Part shown: one piece after another, positions 55,661 to 64,000 of the stretch
How the letters are laid out: each line of letters starts with the position of its first letter
Position numbering within the stretch: position 1 is the stretch's first letter
Assembly (NCBI GenBank): GCA_020438295.1
Contig: JAGQUV010000006.1
Span: 1,535 to 65,534 of the forward strand
DNA length: 64,000 nt
Origin: Solirubrobacterales bacterium
GTDB lineage: Bacteria; Actinomycetota; Thermoleophilia; Solirubrobacterales; 70-9
Reading direction: 5' to 3'
Made by a program: the position numbers and the translations under genes
The notes under the pieces: generated by a model
Told to the model about the DNA's origin: nothing
The model's input: only the letters and a program-made list of their open reading frames with translations
Databases searched by the model: none

Positions 55661-57064
55661 TTGACCAATCGAACCACCACAGCCCTGATCATGGCCGCGG
55701 GCGAAGGCACCCGCATGCGGTCGGCGACCCCCAAAGTGCTCCATCCGCTGTGCGGCAGAGCGATGATCGCCTGGCCGGTGCTGGCCGCGCGCGGCGCCGG
55801 GGTCGAGCGCATCGCGGTCATCGTCTCACCCGACCGTGAGCTCGGGGATGCCGTGCCCGGCGATTTCGAGACCGTGGTGCAGCCGCAGCCCGACGGTACC
55901 GGCGGAGCCGTCCGGGCGGCGATCGAGCTGGTCCGCGATTCGAGTGAGGTGCTGGTCCTCTCAGGAGACGTCCCGCTCGTCTCGACCGAGGTGATCACCG
56001 AGCTCCTGGAGACCCATCGCGGGACCGGCGCGAAGGCCACCGTGATGACCGCAATCCTCGACGACCCCGGGACCTACGGCAGGGTGGTCCGATCATCCGA
56101 CGGCGGAGTCGAGAAGATCGTCGAGGCGAAGGCGGCCGGCGACGCGACCGAGGCCGAACTCGAGATCAGGGAGATCAACTCGGGGACCTACGTCTTCGAT
56201 GGTGACGCCCTGGCCGGCGCGCTCGGCGAGATCGACAGCGACAACGCCCAGGGCGAGTACTACCTGCCCGACGTGCTCGCCGTGCTGCGCGGGCGGCGGG
56301 AGAAGGTGGCGGCCCACGTGGCCGACGACGTGGCGGTCAACCTCGGGGTCAACACCCGGGTGGACCTGGCCGCGGTCGAGGCAGAGGCACGCCGCAGGAT
56401 CCTCGAACGCCACATGCTGGCCGGCGTGACGGTGGTCGATCCCGGATCGACCTGGATCGACGCCGACGTGACGATCGGTCCCGACGCCCGGATCGAGCCG
56501 GGAACCTCGCTGCGCGGAGCCACCGAGGTGGGTGCCGGAGCCGTGATCGGGCCCCACAGCACGGTGACCGACTGCGGAATCGGCGCCGGCAGCCAGGTGG
56601 TCCACTCGTTCCTGGTGCTCTGCGAGGTGATGGACAACTGCCAGGTGGGTCCGTTCGCCTACCTGCGGCCCGGAGCCGAGCTGGCTGACGGGTCAAAGGC
56701 GGGAGCTTTCGTCGAGATCAAGAACTCGACCATCGCGCCCGGGGCGAAGGTGCCTCACCTTTCCTACGTGGGAGACGCAGAGATCGGCGAAGGCGCGAAC
56801 CTCGGGGCCGGGACGATCACCGCCAACTACGACGGTCGTCGCAAACACCGGACAGTTGTCGGGCCCGGGGCCAGGCTCGGTGTTGACACCATGCTGGTCG
56901 CCCCGGTAGAGATTGGCGAAGGCGCCTATACCGGCGCCGGAGCGATAATCAGGGACAATGTCCCGGCCGGGTCTCTGGCGGTAAGCCGCGGAGACCAGAG
57001 AACCATCGAAGAATACGCCCAGCGCCGCCAGGCCCGAGAAGAAGAACAGGACCAGGATTCGTGA
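55661..57064 (+). CDS. glmU: bifunctional UDP-N-acetylglucosamine diphosphorylase / glucosamine-1-phosphate N-acetyltransferase
   Basis: The N-terminus is LIMAAGEGTRM and the C-terminus has left-handed beta-helix hexapeptide repeats. The start is TTG. Confidence 0.94.
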   Translation: MTNRTTTALIMAAGEGTRMRSATPKVLHPLCGRAMIAWPVLAARGAGVERIAVIVSPDRELGDAVPGDFETVVQPQPDGTGGAVRAAIELVRDSSEVLVLSGDVPLVSTEVITELLETHRGTGAKATVMTAILDDPGTYGRVVRSSDGGVEKIVEAKAAGDATEAELEIREINSGTYVFDGDALAGALGEIDSDNAQGEYYLPDVLAVLRGRREKVAAHVADDVAVNLGVNTRVDLAAVEAEARRRILERHMLAGVTVVDPGSTWIDADVTIGPDARIEPGTSLRGATEVGAGAVIGPHSTVTDCGIGAGSQVVHSFLVLCEVMDNCQVGPFAYLRPGAELADGSKAGAFVEIKNSTIAPGAKVPHLSYVGDAEIGEGANLGAGTITANYDGRRKHRTVVGPGARLGVDTMLVAPVEIGEGAYTGAGAIIRDNVPAGSLAVSRGDQRTIEEYAQRRQAREEEQDQDS

Positions 57065-58092
57065 GCGTCACCGAACCGTCACCCGCCGTACCGACCACGA
57101 TCCCGCACGACTACTCGAAGCGGGCCATGGTTTTCGGCGGGCGCAGCTCACTCGACCTGGCCGCCAAGATCGCCGAGAAGCTCCAGCTCAGCCTCGGCGA
57201 CGTCACCCTGAAGACCTTCGCCGACGGTGAGATATACGGCCGGTTCGAGGAATCGATCCGCGGTGCCGACGTCTTCCTGGTCCAGTCGACCTGTGCCAAC
57301 GAACAGACCGGCATGGACCCGAACGATGCCCTGATGGAGCTGATGATCATGGCCGACGCCGCCCAGGGCGCCTCGGCCCACCGGATCATCGCCGTCCTGC
57401 CCTGGTTCGGCTACGCCCGCCAGGACAAGAAATCGGCTCCGCGAGAGCCGATCACCGCCCGGGTGGTCGCCCGCGCACTCGAGTCGGTCGGCATCGACCG
57501 GGTCCTGACCATGGACCTCCACGCAGGACAGATCCAGGGCTTCTTCACCATCCCGGTCGATCACATGACCGCGATGCCGATGCTGACCCAGTGGTTCACC
57601 GACCAGTACGACGCCGGCGACCTGGTGGTCGTCTCGCCCGATGCCGGGCGGGCCAAGGCGGCACGCAACTTCGCCCGCAAGATCGGCACCGAGTGGGCGA
57701 TCATGGAAAAGGAGCGCCCGGCCCAGCAGGTGGCCGAGATCGGCTACGTGGTCGGAGACGTCAAGGACAAGATCGCGATCATCTCCGACGACATGATCGA
57801 CACCGCCGGCACCCTCTGCGCGGCCGCCCGTACCGTGCTGGATGAAGGGGCCAGGAGCGTGATCGCCTGCGCCACGCACGGCGTCTTCTCGGGCCCCGCC
57901 TTCGAACGCCTGCCGTATGAGAAGTCCGGTCTCGAGAAGATCGTGGTGACCGACACCATTCCGCTCCGCCCAGGCGCCCCGGACAACATCACGGTGCTCT
58001 CGGCCGCCGGTACGCTGGCCGACTCGATCCGCCGCATCTTCACCGACGACTCGGTCTCCGAGATCTTCGCCGGCGAGAACCAGCTGTTCTAG
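57061..58092 (+). CDS. prs: ribose-phosphate diphosphokinase
   Basis: The PRPP-binding loop is DKIAIISDDMIDTAGT, and GYARQDKK is also present. The GTGA start overlaps the glmU stop. Confidence 0.95.
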   Translation: MSVTEPSPAVPTTIPHDYSKRAMVFGGRSSLDLAAKIAEKLQLSLGDVTLKTFADGEIYGRFEESIRGADVFLVQSTCANEQTGMDPNDALMELMIMADAAQGASAHRIIAVLPWFGYARQDKKSAPREPITARVVARALESVGIDRVLTMDLHAGQIQGFFTIPVDHMTAMPMLTQWFTDQYDAGDLVVVSPDAGRAKAARNFARKIGTEWAIMEKERPAQQVAEIGYVVGDVKDKIAIISDDMIDTAGTLCAAARTVLDEGARSVIACATHGVFSGPAFERLPYEKSGLEKIVVTDTIPLRPGAPDNITVLSAAGTLADSIRRIFTDDSVSEIFAGENQLF

Positions 58093-58096
58093 CTGC

Positions 58097-58121
58097 GGCG
58101 CCGGCGTTACAGGCCGGCGCC
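58097..58121 (+). terminator. 9-bp GC stem / 7-nt loop hairpin after prs
   Basis: ggcgccggc-gttacag-gccggcgcc begins 5 nt after the prs stop. Confidence 0.5.
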
Positions 58122-58186
58122 CTTGGCTCCGGCCGGGTCGACGGTCTGCAACATCTGCCGGCGATCGCCGGGGTAGGGTTGCCGGG

Positions 58187-58924
58187 ATGACCCTGACCCG
58201 GATAGGCCACAAGGGAGCCGACGCGCTGGTTCCCGGAAACACGGTCGCCTCGTTCGTCAAGGCGGTCGAGGTCGGGGTGGACCTGATCGAATTCGACGTG
58301 CTGTGGCTTGACGACGGGCGGCCGGAGTCGCCCACGGACGAGCGGTCGCCGCTGGTGGTGGCCCACGACTGGCAGGCGGCCGCGGCGAATCCCAGGCTCA
58401 CCCTGGACGACGCGCTGGCCGCATTCACCCGCGCGCCACTCGAAAAGGTGGCGATCAACCTCGATGTGAAGCTGCCCGGCAGGGAGGACGAGCTGGTCGA
58501 GGCGGTCCGGCGCCACGGCCTGCTCGACCGGACCACGGTCTCGACCATGGAGCTCTCGACGATCGGCCGGATCGGCGAACTCGAGCCGGCGATCGAACGG
58601 GGCTGGACCGTCCCGCGGGTGACCCGGGACTGGACCGCCAAGCCCTGGCTCAGGCCGGCGGTGCTGGCCGGGGTGACGGCGATGCGTCGCCGGCTGCCGG
58701 GCGATGTCGGCCGCCGGCTGCCGGAGCTGGGGGTGCAGTCGGTCTGGGCCTTTCAGGGTGTGGTGACGCCGCGGCTGGTCGAGACGACCTCCGCGGCCGG
58801 CGTGGCGCTCAACGTCTGGACGGTCGATACCGCCGAGGGAATAGCCCGCTTCCGTGAGATGGGGGTCAGCGGGGTCTGCTCGAACGATCCCCGCCTACTG
58901 CAGCCGGGCGGCCCTCCGGCCTGA
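58187..58924 (+). CDS. glycerophosphodiester phosphodiesterase family protein
   Basis: The GDPD N-terminal motif is present: IGHKGA...PGNTVASF..AVEVGVDLIEFDV. Confidence 0.8.
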   Translation: MTLTRIGHKGADALVPGNTVASFVKAVEVGVDLIEFDVLWLDDGRPESPTDERSPLVVAHDWQAAAANPRLTLDDALAAFTRAPLEKVAINLDVKLPGREDELVEAVRRHGLLDRTTVSTMELSTIGRIGELEPAIERGWTVPRVTRDWTAKPWLRPAVLAGVTAMRRRLPGDVGRRLPELGVQSVWAFQGVVTPRLVETTSAAGVALNVWTVDTAEGIARFREMGVSGVCSNDPRLLQPGGPPA

Positions 58925-58930
58925 ATCGGG

Positions 58931-59788
58931 TCAGATCGAACCGGCCGGGGCGGCGCCGCCGTGGCCCTTCTTGACGCGGACCGCCTGTTCCATTTCCTGC
59001 TCGGTGAACGCGCCGACCGCCTCGCCGTCGGCGGTGTAGCGATAGAGCGCGACTCCGAAGATCACCGAAAGTGCCTGCTGGATCAGCATCGCGATGATCA
59101 GCACGACGACGCCGATCGCGATCAGGGCGCCACCGCCGGCCGCGGTCGTCGCCACCAGGGCTATGCCGCCGACGATCAGCAGGATCGCCGGGAGGACGCC
59201 GATCAGGAACACCGCCCCGCCGATCGCCACGTTGCCGGTGATCTGCTCGCCCCACCGGCTCTTGAGCAGGTGGGCGCACCGCTTGATCGTCTCGATCGGG
59301 CCGGTTCCCTCGATCGCGATCACCGGCACTGCGAGGAAGCTGATCAGGGCCCAGCCGGCGGCCGCCAGGGCGCCGAAAACAGCCCCGGCGATCCCGAGCC
59401 GTTCCTGGATCGCCCGGATGATCGTCATCACCACGGTTGCGACGAACGCCCAGCCGGCGACCTCCGACATCCTCGACGACGCCACCGACATGCCGGCGCC
59501 GAAGCTGACCCGTTCTCCGCGCATCCGGGCATCGGCGTTGGCGGCCAGTCCGACCGAGAAGTAGTAGCCGACGAAGGCCAGCAGGTAGACGCCGATCGCG
59601 AACAGGACCACCCCGGCCCAGGTCGGATCGCTGTCGACGAGGTAGGCGGCCGGAACGAAGAAGATGGCCGCGAGCAAGAGACTGATCAGGCCGCCCACGA
59701 CCGGAAACCGGATCAGGCCGGGCTCCGACCTCAGCACGCCCCAGCTCTTCCTGGTCAGCTGCCAGCCGCTCTTGATTCTGCGGAACAA
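58931..59788 (-). CDS. DUF6159-like polytopic membrane protein
   Basis: The N-terminus MFRRIKSGWQLTRKSWGVLRSEPGLIRFPVVGG and six TM segments resemble the actinobacterial DUF6159 family, from memory. Confidence 0.65.
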   Translation of the reverse strand: MFRRIKSGWQLTRKSWGVLRSEPGLIRFPVVGGLISLLLAAIFFVPAAYLVDSDPTWAGVVLFAIGVYLLAFVGYYFSVGLAANADARMRGERVSFGAGMSVASSRMSEVAGWAFVATVVMTIIRAIQERLGIAGAVFGALAAAGWALISFLAVPVIAIEGTGPIETIKRCAHLLKSRWGEQITGNVAIGGAVFLIGVLPAILLIVGGIALVATTAAGGGALIAIGVVVLIIAMLIQQALSVIFGVALYRYTADGEAVGAFTEQEMEQAVRVKKGHGGAAPAGSI

Positions 59789-59855
59789 GGCTCTCCTCGG
59801 TCATCGGCCCGCGCCGGTGCCACGCGGAGGCCGGTTGTGTTCGGACGGCGCCAGT

Positions 59856-61277
59856 CTACTCGCCCGGGGCGGCGATTCCGGGAACCTGCTTGACCCCGCG
59901 GGACTCGAAGTATTCCCATTCGAGCCGGCCCAGCTCGGTCGAGGGCGGATCCGCGTAGACCCACTCGCGCATGATCCGGTGCCAGTTGCGGCGAGCCCTG
60001 AGCTGGCCGAGCACCGCGAAGACGCCGATCTCCATGCGGCGGCCCATCAGCTCGTTGGCGGGGATCGATTCCCGGCGCATCAGGTCGAAGTACTCCGACC
60101 GCGGGTCGTGGGTGGCCTCGATCATCTTCATCACCAGGGTCGGGTTCACCTCGGTCTCGCGGTCGTTCATGTACCAGCCGCCGACCACCTTGACGTGGTC
60201 CATCAGATGCTCGGCATCGAGCTTCGAAGGCTTCTTGATGAAGCCGAGATCGTGCAGCGCGTCGCGCAGCTCTTCCGGGTCGTCTCTGACCGCGGCGTCG
60301 ACCGCCCGTTGCTCGAGCTCGATCTGCTCGCGGTCGAGCTTCTTGGTCATGCCGAAGTCGAGAAAGGCCACCGTGCCGTCGGCCATCAGCAGGTAGTTGC
60401 CGGGATGTGGGTCGGCGTTGAAGTGCTGCAGGTGGTAGATCGAGCCGAAGCTCCCGCGGAAGACGATCTCGCCGAAGCGACTGCGCTGCTCGTGGTCGAG
60501 CTGTTTGACCGCGTCGAAATCGAGTCCCTCGACGTACTCGGTGACCAGCACCCGGCGCCGCGAGAGCCGGGTCACTACGTCGGGCACGAAGATGAACGGG
60601 TGGTCGCGATAGGCGCGGGCGAACGAGCGCTGGTTCTGCGCCTCGTACTCGTAGTCGAGCTCTTCGAGCACCCGCTCCCGGAGCTCGCTGGTCACCTCCC
60701 TGGCGTCGAGGCCGGGGGCCATCACACGGGCCAGCTGCATCAGCGATCCGGCGTTCTTAAGGTCGGCCTCGAGCGCCTCGGCGATCCCGGGGTACTGGAT
60801 CTTGATCGCCACCTTGCGGCCGTCGATCAGGGTACCGCGATGGACCTGCCCGATCGAGGCGGCCGCGAATGCCTCTTTCTCGACCGAGGCGAACAGCGCC
60901 TCGACCGGGACGCCGTCGTATTCGTCCTTGAGCACCTCTTCCACCTTGGACCAGGGCATCGCCGGGGCATCGCTCCTCAGCTTGGCCAGCTGCTCCTGGT
61001 AGGTCTCGCGGTACTCCTCCGGAATGAACTCGGTGTCGATGAACGAGGCGAACTGGCCCATCTTCATCGCTGCGCCTTTCATCTGGCCCAGCGCCTCGAC
61101 CATCTTGGATGCGGTCTCCAGGTGGCGCCGATCGAGCTTCTGCTGTGCCGAATCACCTTTGCGGACCAGGTTCGAGGCCTTGGTTCCGGCGTACTTGGCC
61201 CCCTGGGAGCCGATCACCGTGCCCAGCTTGGCCGAGCGCCTGATCCTTCCCTTGGGTATCCGCGAATCATCCGACAT
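59856..61277 (-). CDS. ABC1/UbiB (AarF) atypical kinase family protein
   Basis: The ABC1 core is AAASIGQVHRGTLIDGRKVAIKIQYPG with FNADPHPGNY (HPGN catalytic loop) and DFG. Confidence 0.88.
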   Translation of the reverse strand: MSDDSRIPKGRIRRSAKLGTVIGSQGAKYAGTKASNLVRKGDSAQQKLDRRHLETASKMVEALGQMKGAAMKMGQFASFIDTEFIPEEYRETYQEQLAKLRSDAPAMPWSKVEEVLKDEYDGVPVEALFASVEKEAFAAASIGQVHRGTLIDGRKVAIKIQYPGIAEALEADLKNAGSLMQLARVMAPGLDAREVTSELRERVLEELDYEYEAQNQRSFARAYRDHPFIFVPDVVTRLSRRRVLVTEYVEGLDFDAVKQLDHEQRSRFGEIVFRGSFGSIYHLQHFNADPHPGNYLLMADGTVAFLDFGMTKKLDREQIELEQRAVDAAVRDDPEELRDALHDLGFIKKPSKLDAEHLMDHVKVVGGWYMNDRETEVNPTLVMKMIEATHDPRSEYFDLMRRESIPANELMGRRMEIGVFAVLGQLRARRNWHRIMREWVYADPPSTELGRLEWEYFESRGVKQVPGIAAPGE

Positions 61278-61300
61278 GCCCTAAGGCTACGAGGTTCTCT

Positions 61301-62017
61301 ATGCTCTCCCGTCCAATGTCTTCCAAGCGCGCAGTGCTGACCGCAGCTCCCCGTACCGAATTCGGCACCCGGACCACCCGTCGCCTGAGGCGGGACGGCA
61401 AAATCCCGGGAGTCGTCTACTCGGGCGGCGAGGACGCGACCAGTTTCCAGGTCGAAAGCCGCGAAGCCCGGGTGATCCTGGGCGAGGGCCACGCCCTGTT
61501 CGACCTCCAGATCGAGGGCTCGAAAGCGGTGCCGGTCGTGATCAAGGAGCAGCAGCACCACCCGGTCCGCGGTGACCTGCAGCACATTGACCTGCAGGAG
61601 GTCAAGCTCGACGAGGCAATCCAGGCCGACGTCGTGATCGAGCTCGAAGGCGGCGACGATGCGCCCGGCGTCAAGCAGGGCGGGGTGCTTGAGCACGTGA
61701 CCCGAGAAATCACGGTCGAAGCGCTGCCCACCGAGATTCCCGACAACCTCACGCTCGACGTCTCCGAGATGGAGATCAACGACGTGCTCTCCCTGGCCGA
61801 CCTGGTCGTCCCGGACGGTGTGACCCTGGTCGCCGACGATCCGTCCGAAGTCACGCTGGTGACCCTGTCGCCGCCCCGGGTCGAAGAAGAACCCGAGCCC
61901 GAGGTCGAGACCGACCCGGAACTGGTCGGCGAAGAGGGCGAAGGGGCCGAAGAGGGCGCCGAAGGCGCGGAGGGCGAGGCGCCCGAAGAGGGCGGCGAAT
62001 CCTCAGAAGAGGAGTAG
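61301..62017 (+). CDS. rplY: 50S ribosomal protein L25 / general stress protein Ctc
   Basis: RTEFGTRTTRRLRRDGKIPGVVY is present with two beta-barrel domains and an acidic Glu-rich tail. The gene is followed by pth, as in many Gram-positive bacteria. Confidence 0.9.
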   Translation: MLSRPMSSKRAVLTAAPRTEFGTRTTRRLRRDGKIPGVVYSGGEDATSFQVESREARVILGEGHALFDLQIEGSKAVPVVIKEQQHHPVRGDLQHIDLQEVKLDEAIQADVVIELEGGDDAPGVKQGGVLEHVTREITVEALPTEIPDNLTLDVSEMEINDVLSLADLVVPDGVTLVADDPSEVTLVTLSPPRVEEEPEPEVETDPELVGEEGEGAEEGAEGAEGEAPEEGGESSEEE

Positions 62018-62080
62018 GCGCTGCCGCTGTTTCGCCGGACCGGCCGCGGCGACGGGGGTTCAGGCGGAGATTCCCCGTTC

Positions 62081-62647
62081 CTGATCGTCGGGCTCGGCAA
62101 CCCCGGTGGGCGGTACGCCGCAAGCCGTCACAACGCCGGATTCATGGTGGTCGAGCAGCTGGCCGAGAGCTGGGACCTGGGACGGTGGAAAGAGAAGTAC
62201 CGTGGGCGGATGGCCGAAGGCAGAAGCAGGCCGGGCGGTCCCCGGGTGGTCCTGCTCTGCCCTGGGACCTACATGAACGAGTCCGGGGGTTCGGCCGGGC
62301 CGGCACGCGGTGCCAAACGGGTCCCGATGGACCGGGTGATCGTGGTCCACGATGAGATCGACCTCCCGTTCGGCGAGGTGCGCTCGCGGCTCGGTGGCGG
62401 GCTGGCCGGGCACAACGGCCTGAAGAGCCTCAAGGCCGGCTTCGGCAGCCCCGATTTCTGGCGGGTCAGGGTGGGGGTGGGGCGCCCCGACTCGACCGAC
62501 CCGGAGCGGGTTGCGTCGTACGTGCTCAGTCGCTTCTCCGAGTCGCGGGAGCAGGTCGGCGAGCTGATCACTACGGCCGCGCGCGAAACTGAGCGTCTAC
62601 TGGAACAACTAGCTGCCGGCCCGGCCGGCGAGGAGGAACGCGGATGA
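62081..62647 (+). CDS. pth: peptidyl-tRNA hydrolase (start codon non-canonical; 5' limit uncertain, 62021-62084)
   Basis: The conserved LIVGLGNPG..Y..SRHNAGF, which includes the catalytic His, lies upstream of the first ATG (62144). No ATG/GTG/TTG occurs in frame between the stop at 62015-62017 and 62144. Confidence 0.85.
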   Translation: MIVGLGNPGGRYAASRHNAGFMVVEQLAESWDLGRWKEKYRGRMAEGRSRPGGPRVVLLCPGTYMNESGGSAGPARGAKRVPMDRVIVVHDEIDLPFGEVRSRLGGGLAGHNGLKSLKAGFGSPDFWRVRVGVGRPDSTDPERVASYVLSRFSESREQVGELITTAARETERLLEQLAAGPAGEEERG

Positions 62648-63372
62648 GCCAGGCCCAGTCGGACAGCCTGACCAGCTACGGGGTCGACGAGCAGGGGGTG
62701 GCGCTGCTCCAGCTGGACCGGCCGACCGCCCTCAACGCGATCAACGGCGCGATGATCGAAGAGCTGATCGGCCACCTCGATTCGGCCCGCGAGGACGACT
62801 CGGTGCGGGTACTGGTCTTCTCCTCGACCGACTTCATGGCCTTCTCGGCCGGTGCCGACATCAAGGAGGACCTCGACAGGCAGAGCCAAGTGGACCGCAT
62901 GCAGCGGTTCGCCGACCTGTACAACACCATGGTCCGGTTTCCCAAGCCGACGATTGCAGCCTGTCACGGATACACGGTCGGGGGCGGCGCCGAGATCGCG
63001 ATCTGTTGCGATATCAGGGTGGGCGGGGCGAACCTGCAGATGCGATTTCCCGGAGCGGACCTCGGGGTGCGGGTCGGCCCGGCCCGGTTGAGCACGCTCT
63101 GCGGGCTCTCGGCCGCCAAGTACCTGCTGCTCAGCTCGAAGATGGTCAAGGCCGACGAGGCACTCCGGATCGGACTGGTCAACGAAGTCTCTCCCGGCGC
63201 GGCGACCGAGACCGCCGCGTTGGAGCTGGCCGGCCGGATCGCCGCCTACGATCCCGAGTCGGTCGGTGCACTGAAGCAGATGCTGCACCGCTGGGACGGC
63301 ATCGAGGACCGCTCCGCCGACGAGGGCCGTCACATGGTCGAATGGCTGCGCTCCGGGCCCGGCCTGGCCTGA
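62644..63372 (+). CDS. enoyl-CoA hydratase/isomerase (crotonase) family protein
   Basis: The crotonase fold motifs FSAGADIKE and CHGYTVGGGAEIAICCDIR are present. There is an ATGA overlap with pth. Confidence 0.88.
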   Translation: MSQAQSDSLTSYGVDEQGVALLQLDRPTALNAINGAMIEELIGHLDSAREDDSVRVLVFSSTDFMAFSAGADIKEDLDRQSQVDRMQRFADLYNTMVRFPKPTIAACHGYTVGGGAEIAICCDIRVGGANLQMRFPGADLGVRVGPARLSTLCGLSAAKYLLLSSKMVKADEALRIGLVNEVSPGAATETAALELAGRIAAYDPESVGALKQMLHRWDGIEDRSADEGRHMVEWLRSGPGLA

Positions 63373-63402
63373 GCAGCCCGGAAGGCTGACCGGAGCGCGA
63401 CC

Positions 63403-64000
63403 CTGTCCCTGCGCCCTGTAACAGGCCTGCTGCTCGAGGACGAGCGGGTCGGCGCCCTGGCCGAGCGCGTCGCGGTGGCCGCCTCGGCAAGCGGCCCGGC
63501 GGTCTCGGCCGGCGTCTCGGCCGCCCTCCGGCCGGCCCTTCTGGCGGCCCTGCTCGACGACGAAGGCGGACTGGCCGGCCGGCCGGCCCTGATCGTCACC
63601 CCGGACGATCGTTCGGCACGTGACATGGCCGGCTCGCTGAGGGCATACCTGGGACAGCGCAAGGTGAGGTCGTATCCGTCCCGTGGAACCGGCTACGCCT
63701 CGCAGATAAGCCCGCCGCCCCACCTGGTCGGCCTCCGCATCGACGCGCTCGACTCGTTCGGGATCGACGACGAGGCGCCGGCCATAGTGGTGGCCAGCGC
63801 GGTCGCCCTGGCCGAGGCGATCCCGGATGCCTCGCTGCGGCCGGCCGGGTTCGCGCTCGCGCTCGGCGAACGGCACGAGCCGAGCCGGCTCGCCCGGGAC
63901 CTCGACGCGGCCGGCTACCAGCGGGTCGACCAGGTGACCGAGCGCGGCCAGTTCGCGATCCGGGGCGGGATACTCGACGTCTTCGCAGCGACCGAGGACC
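63403..64000 (+). CDS. mfd: transcription-repair coupling factor, N-terminal part (continues beyond window; start uncertain)
   Basis: The UvrB-homology N-terminus is present: ALIVTPDDRSARDMAGSL..., PPPHLVGLRIDAL and ERGQFAIRGGILDVF. The conserved ctc-pth-mfd order holds. The frame is open to the window end, and no ATG/TTG and no GTG before 63475 occurs after the in-frame stop at 63370-63372. Confidence 0.85.
   Translation, partial: MSLRPVTGLLLEDERVGALAERVAVAASASGPAVSAGVSAALRPALLAALLDDEGGLAGRPALIVTPDDRSARDMAGSLRAYLGQRKVRSYPSRGTGYASQISPPPHLVGLRIDALDSFGIDDEAPAIVVASAVALAEAIPDASLRPAGFALALGERHEPSRLARDLDAAGYQRVDQVTERGQFAIRGGILDVFAATED

Overview
This is a 64-kb, visibly very GC-rich chromosomal segment; third codon positions are almost always G/C, though GC content was not computed. 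Gene content and order are actinobacterial in type. I call about 60 protein genes and one tRNA (Gln, anticodon UUG). I found no rRNA, CRISPR array, transposase, integrase, prophage or recognisable defence genes.

The window is densely packed and mostly housekeeping:
- dnaX-ybaB-recR, lysC-asd and icd-mdh
- ahcY, an MBL-hsp20-lon operon, typA and glyQS
- a ROK glucokinase followed by rsmI and metG, then tatD-rsmA-ispE
- glmU-prs, and rplY(ctc)-pth-(enoyl-CoA hydratase)-mfd

Interspersed lineage-specific genes include:
- a PadR-MMPL pair
- an ArsB/NhaD-type permease flanked by CBS-domain proteins
- a TetR regulator divergent from an R2-like di-iron/SCP2 fusion
- two tandem WS/DGAT acyltransferases
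- an LCP wall-polymer ligase next to a large secreted repeat protein
- a DedA-PAP2 fusion
- a PucR regulator and an S15-like secreted hydrolase

Many long ORFs in the supplied track are antisense or read-through artefacts of the high GC content. They have Arg/Pro/Gly-rich translations and overlap recognisable genes.

I do not see a clear-cut new multi-gene system. The observations I rank highest are:
1. A lysine-rich, beta-strand-like C-terminal module that recurs in three otherwise unrelated secreted proteins. One of them sits directly downstream of the LCP gene and carries eight exact 51-aa repeats.
2. A structured set of intergenic repeats at 51966-52178.
3. Three conserved genes (pth, mfd and the ArsB/NhaD permease) whose conserved N-termini lie upstream of any in-frame ATG/GTG/TTG. 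This implies CTG or another near-cognate start.
4. Two domain fusions with testable functional implications: DedA+PAP2 after ispE, and R2-like oxidase+SCP2 under a TetR operator.

All functional calls come from motif and family recognition by eye; no searches were run.
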